DNA from: Deltaproteobacteria bacterium
Lineage (GTDB): Bacteria; Desulfobacterota; GWC2-55-46; JAJCZF01
DNA length: 55,438 bases
Assembly (NCBI GenBank): GCA_029262475.1
Contig: JAJCZG010000022.1
Location: 1 to 55,438 of the forward strand
Reading direction: 5' to 3'
Shown: one piece after another, positions 52,352 to 55,438 of the stretch
How the letters are laid out: every line of letters begins with the position of its first letter
Position numbering within the stretch: position 1 is the stretch's first letter
Position numbers and translations under genes: made by a program
The notes under the pieces: generated by a model
Seen by the model: only the letters and a program-made list of their open reading frames with translations
The model's database searches: none
What the model was told of the DNA's origin: nothing

Positions 52352-52446
52352 TTTATACGCCTCCTGAAATTCTAAAAATTATTTCCGGGGTGCAAAACAT
52401 ACCCCATATTATATTCACTCTCGTTAAATGCCGGGCTACCGTACGC

Positions 52447-53274
52447 CTAGCGCTTCTTTCTTGATACTATATACTTTGAAGAATGCTTCTTCTTACTACG
52501 TGTCTTATAACCCTTTGCCGGCTGTCCCCAGGGGCTCGACGGGTGATTTCCGCCCTTGCTTCTACCCTCACCACCTCCGTGAGGGTGATCGACCGGGTTC
52601 ATCACGACACCCCTTACGTGAGGAGTACGACCGAGCCAGCGCTTTCTGCCGGCCTTTCCTATCGTTACGTTCTCGTGTTCGAGGTTGCCTATCTGCCCGA
52701 TGGATGCGCGGCAGTTAAGCTGGATAAGCCTTACCTCGTTCGAGGGAAGTTTTATATTTGCATAGTCGCCGGACTTGGCCATGAGCTGCGCGTATGCTCC
52801 GGCGCTCCTTGCAATTTGACCGCCCTTGCCCGGCTTCATCTCGATATTATGTATCCAGGTACCGAGGGGGATATTCCTTATCGGTAGAGTATTGCCGATC
52901 TTTATATCGGCGTCGTCAGAGCTAAGTATCGAGTCTCCGGGGTTTAAACCCTCCGGGGCGAGTATGTAATTCTTCTCACCGTCTGCATATACCACGAGGG
53001 CTATATTACAGCTGCGGTTCGGATCGTACTCAATGTCGGAGACCTTCGCGGGTATCCCGAGCTTACTCCTCTTGAAGTCGATAATACGATATAACTTCTT
53101 ATGACCACCACCTCTAAAACGTGATGTAATCCTACCGTTTACGTTTCTTCCGCCGGTGCGTCTCTTCGGAGCGGTCAGAGACTTCTCCGGTCTCTTCTTT
53201 GATAGCCCCTCTACTACGAGGCAGCTCATTGATCTTACGCCGGGGGAAGTCGGTTTGAATTTTCTTATCGCCAT
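52447..53274 (-). CDS. rplB: 50S ribosomal protein L2
   Basis: [30 protein letters not shown]. Confidence 0.98.
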   Translation of the reverse strand: MAIRKFKPTSPGVRSMSCLVVEGLSKKRPEKSLTAPKRRTGGRNVNGRITSRFRGGGHKKLYRIIDFKRSKLGIPAKVSDIEYDPNRSCNIALVVYADGEKNYILAPEGLNPGDSILSSDDADIKIGNTLPIRNIPLGTWIHNIEMKPGKGGQIARSAGAYAQLMAKSGDYANIKLPSNEVRLIQLNCRASIGQIGNLEHENVTIGKAGRKRWLGRTPHVRGVVMNPVDHPHGGGEGRSKGGNHPSSPWGQPAKGYKTRSKKKHSSKYIVSRKKR

Positions 53275-53342
53275 AACTACTCAGCCTTTATATAAATGAT
53301 TCAGATTTAGTATAATATCAGGGAACTTTACTTATAAAATTA

Positions 53343-53645
53343 CTACTTGGTTGCTCCGCCGCTTACAAGCTCTTCTATCGAGTCGCCCTCTTTAAGCGTT
53401 ATGTAGGCCTTCTTCCTGATAGATGTCCTGCCGGCGTGTCTGCCGAGCCTCTTTACTTTGCTCGGTACGCGCTGCGTATTTACATCTACGACATTTACGC
53501 CAAAAACCTTCTCCACAGCGTCTTTAATCTGGTATTTATTAGCCTTAAGCTCGACCCAGAAGACAACCTTATTAGCGGTCATGCCCTGATTGGCACTCTT
53601 TTCGGTAATAACCGGGCTCTTTATTATTGAATATATATCGTTCAT
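53343..53645 (-). CDS. rplW: 50S ribosomal protein L23
   Basis: PVITEKS, ANK.QIK.AVE, KKAYITL. Confidence 0.96.
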   Translation of the reverse strand: MNDIYSIIKSPVITEKSANQGMTANKVVFWVELKANKYQIKDAVEKVFGVNVVDVNTQRVPSKVKRLGRHAGRTSIRKKAYITLKEGDSIEELVSGGATK

Positions 53646-54256
53646 TTAAGTAACGTCTCTACCTTCTCGAAGCTCTCCTTGGTCATGACAAGATACTCAT
53701 GGTCAAGCACATCGTATACGTTAATACCAGGGGTATAGAGGAATTTAACAGACCTAAGATTCCTTGCAGCGAGCTTTAAATTCTTATTCTGCTCTCCGTC
53801 TACTATAAGGGCGCTACCGATGGAGTTACCCTTGAGCACACCAGAAAGTTCCTTGCACTTGGGTTCCGAGAGCTCAAACTTGTCGAATACTCTAAGCTTA
53901 TCTTCCCTGATCTTAAGGGTTATTGCGCTCTTTAGAGCGGCCCTTGCGACCTTCTTCGGGACGTTATAGGAGTAATCTCTCGGCTTCGGCCCGAAACATG
54001 TGCCTCCGTGCCTCCATATCGGGCTCCTTGTTGTACCGGCCCTGGCCCTGCCTGAACCCTTCTGCTTCCAGGGTTTAGCTCCGCCTCCACTCACTTCGCT
54101 CCTGGTCTTCGTACATGCGGTGCCCAAGCGACGATTGGCGAGCTGCATCTTAACTACCTCGTAGAAGAGGTCCTCATTTACGGAATTGAAGATCTCCTCT
54201 GAAATATTAAGTGTGGAGCTCTTCTTGCCGTTTATATCAATTATGTCGATACTCAT
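53642..54256 (-). CDS. rplD: 50S ribosomal protein L4
   Basis: KTRSEVSGGGAKPWKQKGSGRARAG, GG..FGPKPR. Confidence 0.98.
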   Translation of the reverse strand: MSIDIIDINGKKSSTLNISEEIFNSVNEDLFYEVVKMQLANRRLGTACTKTRSEVSGGGAKPWKQKGSGRARAGTTRSPIWRHGGTCFGPKPRDYSYNVPKKVARAALKSAITLKIREDKLRVFDKFELSEPKCKELSGVLKGNSIGSALIVDGEQNKNLKLAARNLRSVKFLYTPGINVYDVLDHEYLVMTKESFEKVETLLK

Positions 54257-54280
54257 AACCTGTTCTTTCGCCTTGTTAGA

Positions 54281-54907
54281 TTACTTCTTTAGGGCTTTCC
54301 TGATCTCTATTAGCGTACCTCTCGAGCCCGGTATGGCGCCCTTTAGAAGCAGTATCTCCCCGTCGTTCCTTATCCCTACTACTTCTACATTCTGTATGGT
54401 AATACGCTTATTTCCGGTCTGCCCCGGCATCTTCATACCCTTAAAGACCTTGGAGGGGCTAGAGCCCTGACCTACCGAGCCTGAAGTCCTTCCGTGCATG
54501 GAGCCGTGTCCTGCCGGGCCGCCTTTAAAGTTCCAGCGCTTTACGACACCCTGGAATCCCTTACCCTTGCTCGTAGAGGAGACATCGACAAAGTTACCTA
54601 CTTCAACGACATCGGATGTCTTAACGATGTCGCCCGGGCTATACTTGTCTATATCCGAGGTCTTAAATTCCTTCAAGTAGTAAACCGTTGGTGCGTCGGC
54701 CTTCTTTACGTGGCCTGCCAGCGCCTTATTAACCCTTGAAGGCTTCTTCTCGGAGAAGCCGACCTGGAGGGCGTCGTAGCCATCCTTGGCAACGGTCTTC
54801 TTTTGCACAATATGAACGGGCCCAGCCTGTACTACAGTAACAGGCACCTGCATCACACCCGTAAATATATGGGTCATTCCGACCTTTTTTCCTAATATAC
54901 CTTCCAT
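54281..54907 (-). CDS. rplC: 50S ribosomal protein L3
   Basis: GKKVGMT, SKGKGFQG, KG.KMPG, KGAIPG. Confidence 0.98.
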   Translation of the reverse strand: MEGILGKKVGMTHIFTGVMQVPVTVVQAGPVHIVQKKTVAKDGYDALQVGFSEKKPSRVNKALAGHVKKADAPTVYYLKEFKTSDIDKYSPGDIVKTSDVVEVGNFVDVSSTSKGKGFQGVVKRWNFKGGPAGHGSMHGRTSGSVGQGSSPSKVFKGMKMPGQTGNKRITIQNVEVVGIRNDGEILLLKGAIPGSRGTLIEIRKALKK

Positions 54908-54951
54908 TTATCCATCCGCTTCAAAGCGTTCAAACGCTTAAATAATTAATT

Positions 54952-55263
54952 CTAGTCGAGCTTTATCTCCACATCAACACCGGCAGGCAAATCGAGCTTC
55001 ATGAGTGCGTCTACGGTATTTTGAGACGGCTCAAGGATATCCATAATCCTCTTATGGGTTCTCATCTCGAACTGTTCCCTGCTCTTCTTGTCCACATGAG
55101 GAGAACGCAGGACACAGAATTTGACTATCTTCGTAGGAAGGGGAATAGGACCTTTGATATTCGCCCCCGTCCTTCTGGTAGTCTCAACAATCTCTTTTAC
55201 AGACCTGTCCAGCAGTCTGTGATCGTAGGCCTTAAGCCTTATTCTTATACTCTGGTTCTCCAC
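54952..55263 (-). CDS. rpsJ: 30S ribosomal protein S10
   Basis: [31 protein letters not shown]. Confidence 0.98.
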   Translation of the reverse strand: MENQSIRIRLKAYDHRLLDRSVKEIVETTRRTGANIKGPIPLPTKIVKFCVLRSPHVDKKSREQFEMRTHKRIMDILEPSQNTVDALMKLDLPAGVDVEIKLD

Positions 55264-55299
55264 CTTATATACTATCCTTATAGATTTAAAAAGTTAGGA

Positions 55300-55438
55300 C
55301 TACTCTATTACCTTGGTTACAACTCCGGCGCCAACTGTGCGGCCACCCTCTCTTATCGCAAACTTAAGACCATCTTCCATGGCGATCGGCATGATCAGCT
55401 CGACGTCCAGCTTTACGCTGTCGCCGGGCATTACCATC
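55300..55438 (-). CDS. tuf: Elongation factor Tu, C-terminal fragment
   Basis: Manual translation [45 protein letters not shown]. Confidence 0.97.
   Translation of the reverse strand, partial: MVMPGDSVKLDVELIMPIAMEDGLKFAIREGGRTVGAGVVTKVIE

Overview
Bacterial chromosomal window. Gene content and order suggest a deltaproteobacterial/Desulfobacterota-like organism (inference). The right half (29.7-55.4 kb, minus strand) is core genome: the 3' end of tuf, the complete S10-spc-alpha ribosomal superoperon (rpsJ to rplQ, including secY, adk, map, infA and an rpmJ missed by the ORF track), DUF4390-ntrY-ntrX plus a second sigma54 regulator, and yebC-ruvCAB-queH. The left half mixes housekeeping genes (purL, purF, two-subunit pyruvate carboxylase, glgB, tRNA-Met) with accessory loci. 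The most unusual items are: (1) an exported c-type cytochrome with 30 tandem AANPC pentapeptides (only synonymous DNA variation) in front of a TsdA/SoxA-like single-heme domain, followed directly by a pentaheme cytochrome; (2) two tandem 166-bp paralogous units, each with a promoter, a ~100-nt structured RNA and an intrinsic terminator, i.e. probable sibling sRNAs; (3) a near-consensus promoter driving a 22-aa peptide whose stop codon lies inside a terminator hairpin; (4) an internally deleted PAS/HD-GYP pseudogene; (5) a perfect 62-bp duplication over the start of a transporter gene. All functional calls come from recognising motifs by eye; no database searches were run.
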